From positions 196,073 to 260,072 of the forward strand of contig NMRA01000249.1 in NCBI GenBank assembly GCA_002633005.1: DNA of 64,000 nucleotides, read 5' to 3'. Origin of the DNA: Phoronis australis (Eukaryota > Animalia > Phoronida). The notes under the pieces were generated by a model. The model was not told the DNA's origin, searched no databases, and saw only the letters and a program-made list of their open reading frames with translations. Numbering within the stretch: position 1 is the stretch's first letter; each line of letters begins with the position of its first letter. The position numbers and the translations under genes were made by a program. Positions 61,745 through 64,000 of this stretch are shown here, piece after piece.

Positions 61745-63250
61745 CTATAGTGTTGAGCCAAGGCTTGACTGTTGATAATCTGGCGATATGTCGTCTGCTG
61801 TATTAATCCAACTCAGCGAGTAATCGTTCAGTTTTAAAAAGGGCATAAGCTGTCGGCATGTGTGGTGGGCCACTCGGGCCATAACAGTTGGATGGGAGCA
61901 GCACATTCGGTGGAAAAAAGACTGTCCTATTTCTATTACCTGAGTCTCGCCTATGGAGCGTACGCTACACATCAGTGGGTTTGCGGACAACAGCGATAGA
62001 GTTCCCACGAAGTCTCCCGGGTATGCGATGAACCACCGAATCTCTTCGCTGTAGTCATTTGTACGGAAGCAATACACGGCTCCTGAGACCACAAAAAGAA
62101 TCTTAAAGTTATTCAATCCTTGTTTATAAATAATTTCGTTATGGGTGTAGACCGACAACTCTATGTTTCCATCAAGAATGCTTGTCTTCTTAATTCCACA
62201 TTTTGCAGCAATACGTCTTTTTCCTATTCTGATTAAGTTATTAGGTCGAGATAAACTTCCAGCTGACAACCTCGTAAGTGAGTTATCTCCGCGTAAAAAA
62301 TCGGTATCACCCGATTGGTTGGCGGGAATGTCAGTTATGCCTATTGTAAAGCTGCGCACTGCCGTGGCAACTTGAACCATTATGTGCTCAACAAAATAGA
62401 ACATGACCGACTGGTCTTTGAGAAGAACTTCTTGTAAGTCGCTCGATTCAAGGACAAGGATTTCTGCAGCGCTCATGGCCATGACGGACACTGAGAAAGT
62501 TAACGGCTCGTTGCCTGACACCACATCGAGAATGCTAATAAGTTGCGCTATTTCATCCCCTGCTTCGAGATTTGCCGTTACAATTTCCTCGCCGATATTG
62601 TTGATTGATAGTACTGCTAAACTCCCATTGCATACAAAGTAAACCATGTCATCGAGGTCTCCTCGCTCGAAAAGAAAACTGCCTTTCTCCATGGACGCTT
62701 GTATTGGATTGAGAGCTCGAAACAAATCCGGTTTCCGCTGCCATAGGAAAGCCAAGTTTTTGTTCATCATCTGCTTTATTCCAGCCGAATCACTTATCTG
62801 GGCAGAATGGTTTCTTGAAGGATTATTAAGCGGTGGGAATAAGGTTTTGGGGAATCTGATTGAGTCACTTGGTGGTATTCCAGCGCTTGGTATCCTGGGT
62901 CCTATCATCGGTTTGATGCGGGTTTGTTTATTTTTTGTCTGCGCCCCTACTTGGTTTCGTGACGCCCCTAAGGCCGGTATCCACTTCCGCGTTTGCCTGG
63001 TATGCGCGGCCCGCATGTCTTGGAGTTCTTCCCAGTCGCTGAGACGTTTCACGTACAAAATTCCAAGTACTACCGCAAGGAAAAATAACACGTCGAAAAT
63101 GTAACCCCATCTTTCCATCACAACTATTCCCCATCGCTCCAGAAATGTTTCGTAGAGTGATTTATTACAGTCGCCGACTGGGAAGAAACTGTAGATGCTT
63201 CGTAATAGAGCTGACTGTGGCATTCCACAATAACAGCACCGACCTCCCAT
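61745..63250 (-). CDS. Intronless NTE/PNPLA6-7/swiss cheese-like protein: TM + two cNMP-binding domains, no patatin domain
   Basis: ~500-codon ORF (first ATG 63250, alternative 63118). TM YIFDVLFFLAVVLGILYV; CNB1 FLFERGD..MVYFV.NGSL...GDEIAQLISILDVVSG; CNB2 IIYKQG..ILFVVSG..PGDFVGTLSLLSANPL; RVAHHTCRQLMPFLKLNDYSLSW resembles NTE [27 protein letters not shown] 8 nt after the stop. Confidence 0.85.
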   Translation of the reverse strand: MGGRCCYCGMPQSALLRSIYSFFPVGDCNKSLYETFLERWGIVVMERWGYIFDVLFFLAVVLGILYVKRLSDWEELQDMRAAHTRQTRKWIPALGASRNQVGAQTKNKQTRIKPMIGPRIPSAGIPPSDSIRFPKTLFPPLNNPSRNHSAQISDSAGIKQMMNKNLAFLWQRKPDLFRALNPIQASMEKGSFLFERGDLDDMVYFVCNGSLAVLSINNIGEEIVTANLEAGDEIAQLISILDVVSGNEPLTFSVSVMAMSAAEILVLESSDLQEVLLKDQSVMFYFVEHIMVQVATAVRSFTIGITDIPANQSGDTDFLRGDNSLTRLSAGSLSRPNNLIRIGKRRIAAKCGIKKTSILDGNIELSVYTHNEIIYKQGLNNFKILFVVSGAVYCFRTNDYSEEIRWFIAYPGDFVGTLSLLSANPLMCSVRSIGETQVIEIGQSFFHRMCCSHPTVMARVAHHTCRQLMPFLKLNDYSLSWINTADDISPDYQQSSLGSTL

Positions 63251-64000
63251 AATACTACGCCATGGTTTCAGTTGTCGACTGCAACGCACGCCAATGGTGG
63301 TAGATTGGGGCTCATTATCGAATAAATGGTATTCCTGACTTACGATCTACTCATACAATTTCTACAGTGTTTCCGTCTCTCTCACTATTTACCATGGTGT
63401 AGTGATATACGAGCCTGCATCCACCTGTTGGAATTTGGGGAAAATTAATTGCATTTTTATTTGTGACGTCACATTTACTTAAATGTTCTTCCACGTCAAG
63501 AGCTGAGAGATCCTGTTGCATTACTAACGTTTAATATAACGAGGATGCTCACATTTGGAGTCTGTACTCAAGGAACATTAGCGGTGTTAGTCCCGTAGAA
63601 TGGATTTTGTGTCGATTATTCTTGGACTGGGTAGCTTTTATGAAGCTTCGACCAGAGTTATGTAACAGAAAAAACCGCTGTCTTGTTATTCAACTTATTG
63701 TGATTGAAATTGGTGCAATTCATCCAAAAAACAACGATTTTCAATTGAAATAGCTTAGACTGATTTTTCTAACACAAAATTCTTGTTCACAAGTTTGGTT
63801 TAAATGGTCTGTAAGCTCTCCTCATCATTAAAAAGGTGGTCTGCGTTTTGCAAGATAATTTCCATTAACATGTCATATTGAAGCAAGACATTTTTGGTCA
63901 ATCATCAAGATTAACTATTTAAATGTATCTTCAAAAATTTACATAAAATTTCAAGGTGCATTGTATGGCGGTAAGGCAGGGTCACAAAAACAGCCGTCAA

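Noticed and set aside
62163-63134. Antisense and alternate-frame ORFs over the NTE-like gene
   Set aside because: Shadow ORFs of the real coding sequence.

Overview
Eukaryotic (invertebrate metazoan-like, AT-rich, intron-containing) genomic window, not prokaryotic; most ORFs in the supplied track are spurious. Three host genes are supported. (1) A minus-strand gene for a secreted or membrane protein: signal peptide, 3 WSC domains and a TSP1 domain (exons 32521 to 18466, last exon ambiguous). (2) A complete six-exon SETD9 orthologue on the plus strand (44334..56408, 265 aa). (3) An intronless minus-strand ORF (61745..~63250) matching the N-terminal TM and first two cNMP-binding domains of NTE/PNPLA6-7/swiss cheese but lacking the patatin catalytic domain. 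The rest is dense with transposons: an L1/Tx1 LINE 3' end, nested foldback/MITE elements with internal tandem arrays, three Academ-like copies (TAG..CTA ends, 3-bp TSD on two, nested), a 9-bp-TSD TAG..CTA element, a decayed Gmr1-like Gypsy, and a Kolobok-like relic with a P2X7-ballast/KolX-like remnant. There is also a 630-N gap and a probable haplotype duplication at a 1-N junction. All calls are by eye; family assignments come from remembered motifs, and no searches were run.
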